Shown here: one piece after another, positions 49,063 through 59,460 of the stretch
Position numbering within the stretch: the first letter of the stretch is position 1
How the letters are laid out: each line of letters opens with the position of its first letter
From: Marinicella sp.
Lineage (GTDB): Bacteria > Pseudomonadota > Gammaproteobacteria > Xanthomonadales > Marinicellaceae
Assembly: GCA_965230295.1 (NCBI GenBank)
Contig: OZ246001.1
Location: 1,312,001-1,376,000 of the forward strand
DNA length: 64,000 nt
Direction: 5' to 3'
Notes under the pieces: generated by a model
What the model was told of the DNA's origin: nothing
Database searches by the model: none
What the model saw: only the letters and a program-made list of their open reading frames with translations
Program-made: the position numbers and the translations under genes

Positions 49063-49389
49063 ATGAAAACAACTGTGATTTTTTGCCTATTTTTATCATT
49101 GGTCGCTTGTTCTGAAAGCAACACCACAGAAACCAACCCATCGGTTGAATCGCCCAATGGCTCAGTAGAAAAACCCAATAAGTTCAAAGTGGCCGCGATC
49201 AAAAAAGTCAAGCTGGCCAATGCTGGCTTCGATGATACACAAGCCACTTGCGTGGTCGAACAAATGACTGCTGGTGGAAAGATTGGCTTGGGCGAGATCA
49301 ATCAAATGCGCCTCGATGAGGCCAATATGTCTGACAACGCCAGTAACTTGATCGAAGCTTACCAGACAGCAATCAATCATTGTGAGTGA
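49063..49389 (+). CDS. Hypothetical lipoprotein
   Basis: LVAC lipobox; two further Cys. Confidence 0.7.
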   Translation: MKTTVIFCLFLSLVACSESNTTETNPSVESPNGSVEKPNKFKVAAIKKVKLANAGFDDTQATCVVEQMTAGGKIGLGEINQMRLDEANMSDNASNLIEAYQTAINHCE

Positions 49390-49784
49390 TGGTACCAGCT
49401 GAACAAAAAGTCCTCGGAGGCTGCTTTTGTGGCCAAATTAATTTTGAATTCACCGCCGGCGATTATCTGGTGGCCAACTGTCACTGCCACATGTGCCGAC
49501 AGACCAGTGGTGCGCCCTTCGTTACCTGGGTTGTCGTGCCAAAACCGGCATTTAAATACACCCGAGGCCAACCCAAAACATTGGTTTCATCAACCAAAGG
49601 GCGGCGTGAATTTTGTGCCGACTGTGGCACACCCATGGTGTTTTACACCACCGATCGACCTGATGATCTGGACATCACCACCGGCAGTTTGAAAACCCCT
49701 GAAGATTTCAAACCGACCCGAGCTGTTCATGAAGCATCAAAACTGAAGTGGCTACAACATACCGAAAGTCAGCAAAACAGTTAA
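49386..49784 (+). CDS. GFA/CENP-V family protein
   Basis: GGCFCG, CHCHMCR, REFCADCGTP. Confidence 0.92.
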   Translation: MMVPAEQKVLGGCFCGQINFEFTAGDYLVANCHCHMCRQTSGAPFVTWVVVPKPAFKYTRGQPKTLVSSTKGRREFCADCGTPMVFYTTDRPDDLDITTGSLKTPEDFKPTRAVHEASKLKWLQHTESQQNS

Positions 49785-51460
49785 TTTTTTCGTTTAACTA
49801 CCGTCAGCCAAGGCCTGACTTCAGCAGGCGGTTGCTGGCAGAGTAGCTCAATGGTTTCATTGTTCTTGGTTTTGACTGCAACGGTTTGACCTTGTTGACA
49901 ACGCATGCTCACTTGATCAAAGAGCACATGACCCTCCGAACCAATCGCCAAATCCATAATGTGGGTCACTTCCATACCGCTTTTTAAATGCTGACAAGAC
50001 AGGTTGGCTCCGACTGTAAATGAGTGCTTACTTTTGTGATAACTGTAACCGCCACAGTCGATCATCATTAAATGCTTGAAGGCCAATTCAGCTGCTTTTT
50101 TCGCCTGCATGGGGTGCTTTTTCTGCCCTTTGACCGTCAGACCCACCGCGGAAAATGCTTGCTGCATGAAGGCGTTTGGTCGTTCTTGTGGTTCACTCAA
50201 TAAGGTGATCAAATTAGCCACATTGCTTTGATTATCTGTTAACAGTAACAGGCTCTTAATATACTGAGATGGTGTTAAAACCAAATCAGATTGTTTGACC
50301 CTGCTCATTAAATCACGCCAAAAATCAAACAAATCTAACTGGTCATTTTTCTGTTGCACTGCCAATTCAGTAAGCCAAGCAATGGTGGCACCACATTGGT
50401 AATACACTGAAAAATTATGGTGCCCTGCAAAATGGGTAACCTGGTGTCCATTTAACAAATCCAGACAGCCATTTAAATATTGTTCATGGGCCTTCGCAGC
50501 ATCCTCTTCATCCCAAACACCTAAATAAACCAATGACCGGACTGCAAAGGCATCTGCCCCACCTTCATGAATCCAACTGGATTCTCGCTCTTCATCACTT
50601 TTTATCAATTGAGAATTCCACAAATGCGCCGCTTCATGGGCCAAAAAATGCAACAAACCTTGTAAATTTTCTGGGGATTCTTGATTCCAATCATCTCCGG
50701 TTAAATTCAACTGGATCAATCCGGGTAAAGTCCCTCCAGAATACTGAGTACCAGGGCTTTCACTGCTGGAGAAACTGAAATAAATCACAGGGGTAAAGTC
50801 CAGAGCCAAACCTGTCTTTTGTGTATAGAATTCAAACAACTTAGGTAAGCTTGAAGTCAGTTTTTGTTTCACCCAATCAGGCAACCCTCCATCGATCACA
50901 CCCATCATCCCGTCACTTTGAATGGGTTTCAATGCACCGAAATAGACATAGGTTCCTTGCCAGTTTTTATCATTCCATCGATATTCATGCTGACTCATCT
51001 GACCGTCAATAATGATGTGTGAATTCTTTTGAGGCATGAAGGTGAATTCATGAGCCATCTTTTTATCTGCTTCAGTGGCCAATAACAAATGTCCGGTATA
51101 CAACAACAATCCGCCGTCACTGAAAGCAAAGTTCAACTCGTAGTCTTTTGGCGTTGTGCGAAAATCAGAATCAAAACCAACCGACAATTGATCAAACAAT
51201 GTGCCATCAACAGATTCAATGATGTCTTGGTTGTCTTTGCCTTTTGACCATTTTAAATGGCTGCCTTTCAAACGCCATTTATCTCGAGGTAAGGACCCCA
51301 ACCGATAGAAATAAACTTGATGAACCGCATAGGGCAATTGATAATTTATTTGCCAGGCCCCTGATTCATTTTTTTGGACCTTTACTTTGATGACTGAATC
51401 ACCCTGCGCAGCACTAACAACAGATACAAAGAAAAGCAAAATAAGCCACAAAACTTTCAT
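49781..51460 (-). CDS. Secreted gluzincin metallopeptidase (M1/M61-like)
   Basis: Signal peptide; LAHEAAHLWN..WIHEGGAD; YQCGA. Confidence 0.78.
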   Translation of the reverse strand: MKVLWLILLFFVSVVSAAQGDSVIKVKVQKNESGAWQINYQLPYAVHQVYFYRLGSLPRDKWRLKGSHLKWSKGKDNQDIIESVDGTLFDQLSVGFDSDFRTTPKDYELNFAFSDGGLLLYTGHLLLATEADKKMAHEFTFMPQKNSHIIIDGQMSQHEYRWNDKNWQGTYVYFGALKPIQSDGMMGVIDGGLPDWVKQKLTSSLPKLFEFYTQKTGLALDFTPVIYFSFSSSESPGTQYSGGTLPGLIQLNLTGDDWNQESPENLQGLLHFLAHEAAHLWNSQLIKSDEERESSWIHEGGADAFAVRSLVYLGVWDEEDAAKAHEQYLNGCLDLLNGHQVTHFAGHHNFSVYYQCGATIAWLTELAVQQKNDQLDLFDFWRDLMSRVKQSDLVLTPSQYIKSLLLLTDNQSNVANLITLLSEPQERPNAFMQQAFSAVGLTVKGQKKHPMQAKKAAELAFKHLMMIDCGGYSYHKSKHSFTVGANLSCQHLKSGMEVTHIMDLAIGSEGHVLFDQVSMRCQQGQTVAVKTKNNETIELLCQQPPAEVRPWLTVVKRKN

Positions 51461-51539
51461 CACAGTCCCACCAAAATCTAAATCATACAAGTTATTTAGA
51501 CGCTGAGCACAGCATTTTGGTTACATTTAATTCCTTTGG

Positions 51540-52955
51540 TTAAACCACCATACCGCAACCATGGCGCCTGAAATCAGCCACGGCCGTGGTGGTGGCTCCT
51601 GCTTGTACGGCATTGACTCCACCAAAATACAGGTTGTGGTTGTGCCATTCACTGTTGATCGGGCATTGTTTGAGGATGGCACTGTGAGCCTCAGCAGCAA
51701 AGCCTGGTTCAATGTCCAAATGACCATTTTCAAAATGCATGCGGGGTGATTCGATGGCATGTTTCAGAATTTTCTCACCATTGACCAAATGATTGATGAC
51801 CTGAAACAAAGCTGATTTGATGCGATTTGAGCCGCCGGTGCCCATGGCATACTGACGTTCGGGATGAATGATGAGGGTCGGCGACATCATGGACCGCAGC
51901 CTTTGGTGTGAATCCCATGCAAAAAAACCTTGTGGGTTGATGTCCTCTTCTCCCAAAAAATTATTCATCATGAAGCCGGTTCCAGGTACCACATGACCAT
52001 TGCCTTCACCATTGGATAATGTCAAGCTGGCTAGGTTACCTTCACTGTCAGCCACACTCATGTGGGTGGTGCCTCTGGACACTTCTGCCATGGGGTTACG
52101 TTTCAAATCATCGGCATGTTGCATGGCTTCCAACACCGCCAATTCATCATAACGTGACTTCAGTCGTTTCAATTGTTCAACAATCAAATGACCGCCACTG
52201 CTGGGTTGTGGATTGGTATACAGCTGATGTCCGTTGATGTTCAGCTGCAAAGGATCCCGAACTTTACATTGGTATTGAGCGAAATCCTCCAGACTCATCA
52301 AGCCATTGGGCTTTCGGCTAATGACATCAGCCAATTGCCCTTGATAAAACCAGTCATGATCTGCATTTGACAGGGTGTCAAGAAATCGTGCCAACTGGAT
52401 ATTCTTCCATACAGAACCGGTGGTGAATCCTCTAAACAAGTCAATGGCTTCAGGGGTGGCTTCAAGAATCGGTTTCAGAATCATCGACACATAAGCCTGC
52501 TGGTGGTTGACTTGTATCCCTTGTTCGGCAGCGATGATCGCTGGATGCGCAATTTGCGTCAAAGGTAATGAACACAGCCGTTGATGGATTTTGAAAATGC
52601 CAGCGGGCACCCCGGGAACAGCTGCTGCAGCATGGCCAATGTGAAATTCTTGTTTGCGGGTACCAAAATCACCCATAATGGGAAAAAAATCCAATTCCTC
52701 CGGATCGATGTTATCTATGGGTTGCAGTGGCGTGTCAGAAAAAAAATCCAACAACTTGGGTGGTTGTTCAGGTCCGGCTGCCAATAAAAATCCACCACCA
52801 CCGGGTGAAGCCAACAACGGCTCTGACACAAATGACATCATCATGGCAGCCAAAATGGCATCGAAAGCGTTGCCGCCTTGACGCAGGATTTGAGCGGCTG
52901 CTTCAGCGGTTTTGGGGTGGCCGGCAGCGATGGCATGTGGGCGCGATAGAGTCAT
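51540..52955 (-). CDS. ggt: Gamma-glutamyltransferase family protein (no signal peptide)
   Basis: GGNAFDA, PGGGGF, AVPGVPAG, GTTHMSVAD, SMMSPT, GTGGSNRI. Confidence 0.88.
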   Translation of the reverse strand: MTLSRPHAIAAGHPKTAEAAAQILRQGGNAFDAILAAMMMSFVSEPLLASPGGGGFLLAAGPEQPPKLLDFFSDTPLQPIDNIDPEELDFFPIMGDFGTRKQEFHIGHAAAAVPGVPAGIFKIHQRLCSLPLTQIAHPAIIAAEQGIQVNHQQAYVSMILKPILEATPEAIDLFRGFTTGSVWKNIQLARFLDTLSNADHDWFYQGQLADVISRKPNGLMSLEDFAQYQCKVRDPLQLNINGHQLYTNPQPSSGGHLIVEQLKRLKSRYDELAVLEAMQHADDLKRNPMAEVSRGTTHMSVADSEGNLASLTLSNGEGNGHVVPGTGFMMNNFLGEEDINPQGFFAWDSHQRLRSMMSPTLIIHPERQYAMGTGGSNRIKSALFQVINHLVNGEKILKHAIESPRMHFENGHLDIEPGFAAEAHSAILKQCPINSEWHNHNLYFGGVNAVQAGATTTAVADFRRHGCGMVV

Positions 52956-53062
52956 TTGGCTTGAATGGTCGTCTAAATTCAAAATGACCATTGTATGTCA
53001 TGCCAAAACCATGTCAAAACAATTATAATAGCCACATCACTAAACCACGATTAATACTGAAA

Positions 53063-54337
53063 ATGGACAACAATCATAACCTGTTTACCCAAGCACAAAA
53101 ATTCATCCCTGGCGGCGTTAATTCGCCAGTCCGGGCATTCAAAGGCGTCGGTGGAGAGCCGCTTTTTATTGCCACAGCCCAAGGACCACGCATGATTGAT
53201 GTCAACGGCAAGTCTTATATTGATTACATCGGTAGCTGGGGGCCGATGATAGCAGGACACAGCAATGAACAGGTGCTGGCAGCTGTTCATGCTGCTGTCG
53301 ATCGAGGTCTGAGTTTTGGCGCACCGGCAGAAGCAGAAGTCACTTTGGCCGAGCAAATTTGTGCCATGATTCCATCGATTGAGCTGGTGAGGATGGTTAA
53401 CTCAGGTACGGAGGCCACCATGAGCGCCATCCGCTTGGCGCGTGGTTTCACTGGCCGCGATAAAATCATTAAATTTGAAGGTTGTTACCACGGTCATGCT
53501 GATTCTTTCTTGGTCAAAGCGGGCAGTGGGGTGTTGACCTTAGGTATTCCTGGCTCCCCTGGTGTACCCGATGCAGTGGCTGATTTGACCTTAACGGTTC
53601 CTTTCAATGATCTGGAAAGCTTAAGCCAGGTGATGACCGAAGTGGGTAATGAAGTGGCAGCCATCATTGTTGAACCCATTGCTGGCAACATGAACATGAT
53701 TGAACCCTTGCCTGGTTATTTGGAAGGCATGCGATCATTGTGTGATGAATATGGTTCTGTGTTGATTTTTGATGAAGTGATGACCGGATTTCGGGTGGCC
53801 AAAGGTGGCGCCCAGGAATTGTATGGCATCAAGCCAGACTTAACTACATTTGGTAAAGTGATCGGTGGCGGCTTACCAGTCGGTGCTTTTGGTGGTCGTC
53901 ACGACATCATGAGTCACATCGCACCCAGTGGTCCGGTATATCAAGCAGGCACTTTATCGGGTAATCCGTTGGCCATGGCAGCTGGATCAGCAATGATGAA
54001 AATCATTTCAGAACCAGATTTTTATACACAGTTAGGCGCTCAGACAAAGCAACTGACCACAGGTTTACAAGCGGTGGCCGATGAGGCTGGCGTGCCATTT
54101 TCAACCTGTCACCAAGGTGGCATGTTCGGTCTGTTCTTCACAGATCAAGCGGTACATCGATTTGAAGATTTGAGCCATTGTGATGAAGATCACTTTAAGC
54201 GATTTTTCCACGCCATGCTGGAAGCCGGGGTTTACCTGGCTCCCTCAGCTTACGAAGCCGGGTTTGTCAGTTCAAAACACACGGATGACATCATTGAACA
54301 AACCCTCGCAGCAGCGAAGGCTGCAATCAGGGCATAA
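53063..54337 (+). CDS. hemL: Glutamate-1-semialdehyde 2,1-aminomutase
   Basis: [42 protein letters not shown]. Confidence 0.97.
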   Translation: MDNNHNLFTQAQKFIPGGVNSPVRAFKGVGGEPLFIATAQGPRMIDVNGKSYIDYIGSWGPMIAGHSNEQVLAAVHAAVDRGLSFGAPAEAEVTLAEQICAMIPSIELVRMVNSGTEATMSAIRLARGFTGRDKIIKFEGCYHGHADSFLVKAGSGVLTLGIPGSPGVPDAVADLTLTVPFNDLESLSQVMTEVGNEVAAIIVEPIAGNMNMIEPLPGYLEGMRSLCDEYGSVLIFDEVMTGFRVAKGGAQELYGIKPDLTTFGKVIGGGLPVGAFGGRHDIMSHIAPSGPVYQAGTLSGNPLAMAAGSAMMKIISEPDFYTQLGAQTKQLTTGLQAVADEAGVPFSTCHQGGMFGLFFTDQAVHRFEDLSHCDEDHFKRFFHAMLEAGVYLAPSAYEAGFVSSKHTDDIIEQTLAAAKAAIRA

Positions 54338-54339
54338 GC

Positions 54340-56235
54340 ATGGAACCTACCGGTTGGGTCAAAGACGTTTACGATTGGATTCAAGCCAACCCCAACTGGA
54401 CAGGTATCCTGATATTTCTGTTTGCCTTCACTGAATCTATCTTACTGGTCGGCATCGTTTTTCCAGGTGCTGCATTTTTGGTCAGCCTCGGTGCTTTGAT
54501 TGGTCTGGGTATTTTGGACTTTTACACCGCCTGGATCTGGGCTTCCATGGGCGGGTTTGTGGGCGACGGGATCAGCTTTTGGATCGGTCATAAATACAAG
54601 CAACGCTTGTTAAAAATGTGGCCAATTTACAAATTTCCCGATTTAATAGCCAAAGGCCAAGACTTTTTTAGGAAATACGGTGGTATCAGTGTTTTTATCG
54701 GCCGTTTTGTAGGTCCGGTCAGGCCCATCATCCCGGCAATTGGCGGCATGATGGGGATGGGCGTTAAACGATACATCATCATCAGCGCGGTGGCTTCCAT
54801 CTTATGGGCACCCTTCTACTTACTACCAGGCATGTTGTTTGGATCGGCCATGGAAACCATGGCCAAAGTGGCTGTGAAAATGTCCGTCCTGGTGGTGGTC
54901 TTGGTGGTACTGGTTTGGGTCGCCTACTGGGTCATCAATATCTTCTATCAGCTGTTGATGCCAAGAACCTATCGCTGGTTAAGTAATTTATTGGCCTGGA
55001 CCCAAAGGCACCCCACTCTAGGGAAATTAACTTCAGGGTTGGTCGATCCCAGACAACCGGAAAAAGGCTCACTGGCGATGTTGGCGGTGCTGTTACTGGC
55101 CTTCTTGGTGGCTGCCATATGGTTTGCTGCGATCAACGACACCTTGGTGCGCTGGAACCAAAGTACGGAATCCTTCTTTTATGCATTCCATAATCCATGG
55201 ACCGTCCTGCCGATGAAATGGTTGTTGTTCCTGGGTCATGACCTGAGTGTGTTACTCATCACTTTAACGGTCGCCCTGTGGTTTTTATACCGCCGCATGA
55301 CTCTGGTGTTGAACCATTGGTTACTGCTGTCGCTGACTGCCTATGTCTTCTCTGTGCTGATCAGCAAGGCAGGACATGAAGAATGGCAGTTCTTGGCTTC
55401 TCATCATGTTTTCTGGTTCACCGCAGTGTCTTGTTTTTGGGCCATTTTGGTGGCAGGTGCCTATCCAATAAAATTCCGCAGCTGGCCTTATGTACTGTCT
55501 GGTGTGTTGATATTACTCCATGCTTTTGCCACCTTGTTTTTCTATCAAATGAACCTGACGATGGTGGTGCTGTCGATCCTGTCAGGCAGCATTTGGTCCA
55601 TGTTGATCGGTATCGCATTTCGCACCCGGAATCGCAAACAATTCCTCGGACTGCCGGTTAAAATCACCTTCATCACAACGGCCATGTTGGCGCCATTGGT
55701 GACCTGGGTCTTTTTTTCCAGTTCCACCGAGGTCACCAAACCTGCCTGGCTACTAGAACAATCCAGTGAAAAAACCACCGGATGGGCCAACACCGGTGAA
55801 CAAGAATTGGACATCACCCTGGTGGCCGAGTTGCCTGTGCTCGAGCAACAATTGAAGGCCACAGGCTGGCAATCCATTCAGCCCAGAACCTGGGGCAATG
55901 TTTACCAAGCACTGCGGGTTGAACCGGAAGCAGCCGAACTGCCATTATTTTCATACGTTCACAGGGGTGAGGTGGAACAGCTGTTGATGAGTAAAACCAC
56001 GGACGATGAATTGATCGCCTTGCGAGTTTGGCATGAACAAACTGCAGCTGATGATCAGTTCAAAGGCACCCTAACCAGACACCTGCGGGACACTGATCTG
56101 TATTTATTTAACCACTGGGGTTTTAAAAATAATGTCAGCGATAAATCCAGCCTCACTGAATCATTGAAAAACAGCCATTTCATCATCGACTTCATGGCAG
56201 ATGATTCTCTGTTAATCAGGCAAAAAAGAAAATGA
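54340..56235 (+). CDS. DedA/VTT protein with degenerate PAP2-like and LssY-C-like regions
   Basis: AFTES..GIVFPG, GDGISFWIG, FIGRFVGPVRP; multi-TM middle; soluble C-terminus. Confidence 0.85.
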   Translation: MEPTGWVKDVYDWIQANPNWTGILIFLFAFTESILLVGIVFPGAAFLVSLGALIGLGILDFYTAWIWASMGGFVGDGISFWIGHKYKQRLLKMWPIYKFPDLIAKGQDFFRKYGGISVFIGRFVGPVRPIIPAIGGMMGMGVKRYIIISAVASILWAPFYLLPGMLFGSAMETMAKVAVKMSVLVVVLVVLVWVAYWVINIFYQLLMPRTYRWLSNLLAWTQRHPTLGKLTSGLVDPRQPEKGSLAMLAVLLLAFLVAAIWFAAINDTLVRWNQSTESFFYAFHNPWTVLPMKWLLFLGHDLSVLLITLTVALWFLYRRMTLVLNHWLLLSLTAYVFSVLISKAGHEEWQFLASHHVFWFTAVSCFWAILVAGAYPIKFRSWPYVLSGVLILLHAFATLFFYQMNLTMVVLSILSGSIWSMLIGIAFRTRNRKQFLGLPVKITFITTAMLAPLVTWVFFSSSTEVTKPAWLLEQSSEKTTGWANTGEQELDITLVAELPVLEQQLKATGWQSIQPRTWGNVYQALRVEPEAAELPLFSYVHRGEVEQLLMSKTTDDELIALRVWHEQTAADDQFKGTLTRHLRDTDLYLFNHWGFKNNVSDKSSLTESLKNSHFIIDFMADDSLLIRQKRK

Positions 56236-57710
56236 AACTGTTGCTATCCATCCTAATTCTGGCTGCCGCCTCTGTGGCAGTGATTTATACGTTCAGAACA
56301 CCAGCGCCTGAAGTGTTTCATGCTGATTTTGTCGGCAGTGAAGTCTGTGGCGACTGCCATTGGATCAATTATGATGCCTGGAAAAAATCACCACACCACA
56401 ACATTGCGAGGTTACCTGCAAGTGATTCAGTTGTGGGTGATTTCTCAGATGGTGATTACTATTTCCCGCAACAGGATTTAGAAGATGAGAATGAATTGCC
56501 AGCAGCAAAAATGTACCAGCGTGCCGGGGAGTTCTTTATGGCCCTTCGCGACATAGGCACTGACAGTTATTCTGAATTTAAAATAGCCAAAGTGATAGGT
56601 TATCAATACCGACAAACCTATTTAACACAAGAAGAAGGTGGTGTGCTTAGGCGGCTGCCAATCCAATGGTCTGTACCACGTCAGGACTTTTTTGCTTATT
56701 GGAATGAACAAGAACAATCACCACAATCTGTGCATGATTTATGGGAGCAAATGAAGCCCCTGAACTCAGCCTGGAATTTATATTGTGCCAGGTGCCATAC
56801 CACCAACTTACAGGAATACAGCAAAGATCAGGCACACACCCAAGCCAATGTAGAGTGGACAGAAATTGGTGTGGGTTGTGAAGTTTGCCATGGCCCAGGC
56901 AGCAAACATGTGGACTACATGAATGGACACCCCATCAACCGCTTGGCATCATGGTTCGACCAAAACCTGTTTCAAAAGACAGCCCCTTTTATCATCAATG
57001 CCGCCAACCAACAACAAGGCTTTGCCTTGAGTGTGTGTGCCCGTTGCCACGGGGCAGACATATTCCGCAAAAGACAACCTTTGTACCGCAACTACAAACC
57101 AGGGTTTGATGCCAACGGCAACCTCAATGATTTGTCCCCCTATTTTACCGAAGCACCCCTGGAACCTGGCAGAACCTTCCCAACCATCGAGGTCTGGGAA
57201 GACGGCCGACCCAAAGGGCTGGGAACCTTGTTTCGGTCTTTTGCTGATTCCAGCCACTACCAAGCCACTGACATGCGCTGTTATACTTGCCACGACCCGC
57301 ACAACAACAAAAAACCGGCATCTACAGGACTGTTAAGACCAACTTCACAGAGCAATGAGTTTTGTATGAGTTGCCATGCACCAATTGCTGAAAATCCAGA
57401 CGCACATACAAAACACAAAGCGGGCAGTAAAGGCTCCTATTGCTATGATTGTCATATGCCCAAAAACATACTCAATCAAGTCGCCGGCGTGCCGCATTTT
57501 GTTCGCAGCCACAACATGGGATCAATCCCTAATCCCTTGTTATCAAAACGGATGGGCACCTCAAAGTCACCCAATGCCTGCCTTGAATGCCATCAAGACC
57601 AAAGCAACGATTGGGCCATCAATCATTTGCGTGATTGGGGCATGGATAAACACCTGATAGAAACAGATTTACACCTGCAGCGCAACGCCACTTCCGATAC
57701 GGTCCACTGA
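56232..57710 (+). CDS. Multiheme c-type cytochrome (8 CxxCH)
   Basis: CGDCH, CARCH, CEVCH, CARCH, CYTCH, CMSCH, CYDCH, CLECH; N-terminal anchor. Confidence 0.9.
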   Translation: MKLLLSILILAAASVAVIYTFRTPAPEVFHADFVGSEVCGDCHWINYDAWKKSPHHNIARLPASDSVVGDFSDGDYYFPQQDLEDENELPAAKMYQRAGEFFMALRDIGTDSYSEFKIAKVIGYQYRQTYLTQEEGGVLRRLPIQWSVPRQDFFAYWNEQEQSPQSVHDLWEQMKPLNSAWNLYCARCHTTNLQEYSKDQAHTQANVEWTEIGVGCEVCHGPGSKHVDYMNGHPINRLASWFDQNLFQKTAPFIINAANQQQGFALSVCARCHGADIFRKRQPLYRNYKPGFDANGNLNDLSPYFTEAPLEPGRTFPTIEVWEDGRPKGLGTLFRSFADSSHYQATDMRCYTCHDPHNNKKPASTGLLRPTSQSNEFCMSCHAPIAENPDAHTKHKAGSKGSYCYDCHMPKNILNQVAGVPHFVRSHNMGSIPNPLLSKRMGTSKSPNACLECHQDQSNDWAINHLRDWGMDKHLIETDLHLQRNATSDTVH

Positions 57711-57715
57711 CCCCT

Positions 57716-58468
57716 TCAACGGGGACTGATGAATTTAACGGTCAAATCTTTTTCAAACACATCCTGGTATCTTTGATAGGGCAGCACTTCAATCTGAGCC
57801 AAAGCCAACATCACTTCTGACGCCAGTTGTTGGTCTATGAAGCAGTCTTCCTGCAACTGGCTTTTAAAAGGTAAACCACCAGGCATTTGTTGGATGTCTA
57901 CGGTGCAAGTGCCCGAAATTTGATTCTCAACCCAGGCATTTTTAAACACCAGTACCATTTGATTCAGGTACCTGGTTAAGGTGGGATTTTCGTTATCCAA
58001 GTATTGCTTTTCGTTGTCGTTGGTGAAGGTGGCATAGAACAGGCTGCGGTAAACTTGATCAGCAAAGATCTGACTAGAAAGTTCTAATTGGTTGGGGTTC
58101 AAAATGACACTGCTGAAGGTCGGCTGCAATCCCAGCGAGTCAGAAATCGTAAGCCGCAAAGTCAATGTCTGGTCATTTTCATACAAGTCTCCTTGTAACA
58201 CATAGCGGATACCAACCAACTGCCAGGCCAACATGTTGTCCACATCTTCCGGTGCATCATAACGGAACGGCATACTGAACAAACCGGTGCTCGACAAAGC
58301 CTGGATGATGTGATTTTCTACTGTTACCGCAGGGCTGAATCCATCACCATGGTAAGTGAATGGTAACGCCACAAACTGAACCGGCTTACTTTGATCTCCC
58401 ACCACCAACAACTCAACCTCTGCTTGTGCAAGCAATGGTAAACACAACATCATAAGGACCCATTTCAT
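57716..58468 (-). CDS. Periplasmic protein: TolB N-terminal-like domain plus TolA C-terminal-like domain
   Basis: AQA-EVELLVVG..ALPF..LSSTGLF..AWQLVGI..FADQVY; then Y..KNAW..CTVDIQQMPGG..C..D..LPY..VFEKDLTVKF. Confidence 0.72.
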   Translation of the reverse strand: MKWVLMMLCLPLLAQAEVELLVVGDQSKPVQFVALPFTYHGDGFSPAVTVENHIIQALSSTGLFSMPFRYDAPEDVDNMLAWQLVGIRYVLQGDLYENDQTLTLRLTISDSLGLQPTFSSVILNPNQLELSSQIFADQVYRSLFYATFTNDNEKQYLDNENPTLTRYLNQMVLVFKNAWVENQISGTCTVDIQQMPGGLPFKSQLQEDCFIDQQLASEVMLALAQIEVLPYQRYQDVFEKDLTVKFISPR

Positions 58469-58584
58469 TCCCTCATTTTATCACAGCCTTTAATGACGTA
58501 AGCTGTCTTGGATTATTTGCCGACTGAGCAGCAGAAATCACACATTTCGGGTGATACAATGGGCATTTTTCAAAACTCAACATC

Positions 58585-59439
58585 ATGGTTAGACTCAGAA
58601 TCGGCGGCGTGCCTGAACATTACAACATACCCTGGCACATGGCACGAAAATCAGGGGCCTTACAAGCAGCTGGCATCAAACCGGAATGGACCGACTTTTA
58701 CGAAGGTACCGGCGGTATGATCCAAGCCATCAAGAATGATGAACTTGATGTGGCCATACTGCTGACTGAAGGGGCCATTTCAGGCATATCGAGAAGCGCC
58801 AATTATAAAATTGTGTCTTTTTACACCGATTCACCGATCATCTGGGGCATCCATGTTCCGGCAGAATCTGACATCACCGATGTCAACGAAATCTACCACC
58901 ACCGCTATGCCATCAGCCGTTATGGCTCTGGCTCACACCTGATGCCTTACGTCCATGCCAGACAAAAAAATTGGCCGGTTCATAAACTACAATTCAGGGT
59001 CATTAACAATTTAGATGGCGCCAGAATGGCTTTTCGCGAAGACCAGGCCGATGTGTTTTTCTGGGAAAAGTTCACCACCAAGCCGTACGTTGATAATGGC
59101 GAGTTCAGACGCATTGGCGAATGCCCAACACCATGGTCTTGTTTTGTGGTGGTGGCCAGCCACCAGACCTTAACGTTACATGCTGACAAAGTAAAAGCCT
59201 TGCTTGAGGAAACCTTCAAGCAAGCCCAAAACTTATACAACGATCCTGATCGTGTGGACATCATCTCAAAGCAATTTGATTTACTGCCTGAAGACGTCGA
59301 AGAATGGTTATCATACACCCGATGGGGCCGAAAAATTGAACTGAAAAAGGATGTGTTGGTCGAAACCACTGACACATTGAAAGATTTGGGGCTGGTGTAT
59401 CAAAAATTCGACCCTAAAAATTTATACCATGAATTTTAA
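58585..59439 (+). CDS. Type 2 periplasmic-binding-fold protein (NMT1/SsuA-like), no signal peptide
   Basis: GGVPEHYNIPW, GTGGM, LTEG, ISRYGSGSHLM, FFWEKFTTKP, TPWSCF. Confidence 0.8.
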   Translation: MVRLRIGGVPEHYNIPWHMARKSGALQAAGIKPEWTDFYEGTGGMIQAIKNDELDVAILLTEGAISGISRSANYKIVSFYTDSPIIWGIHVPAESDITDVNEIYHHRYAISRYGSGSHLMPYVHARQKNWPVHKLQFRVINNLDGARMAFREDQADVFFWEKFTTKPYVDNGEFRRIGECPTPWSCFVVVASHQTLTLHADKVKALLEETFKQAQNLYNDPDRVDIISKQFDLLPEDVEEWLSYTRWGRKIELKKDVLVETTDTLKDLGLVYQKFDPKNLYHEF

Positions 59440-59460
59440 TAAGACATAAGGGTCTGAGTC

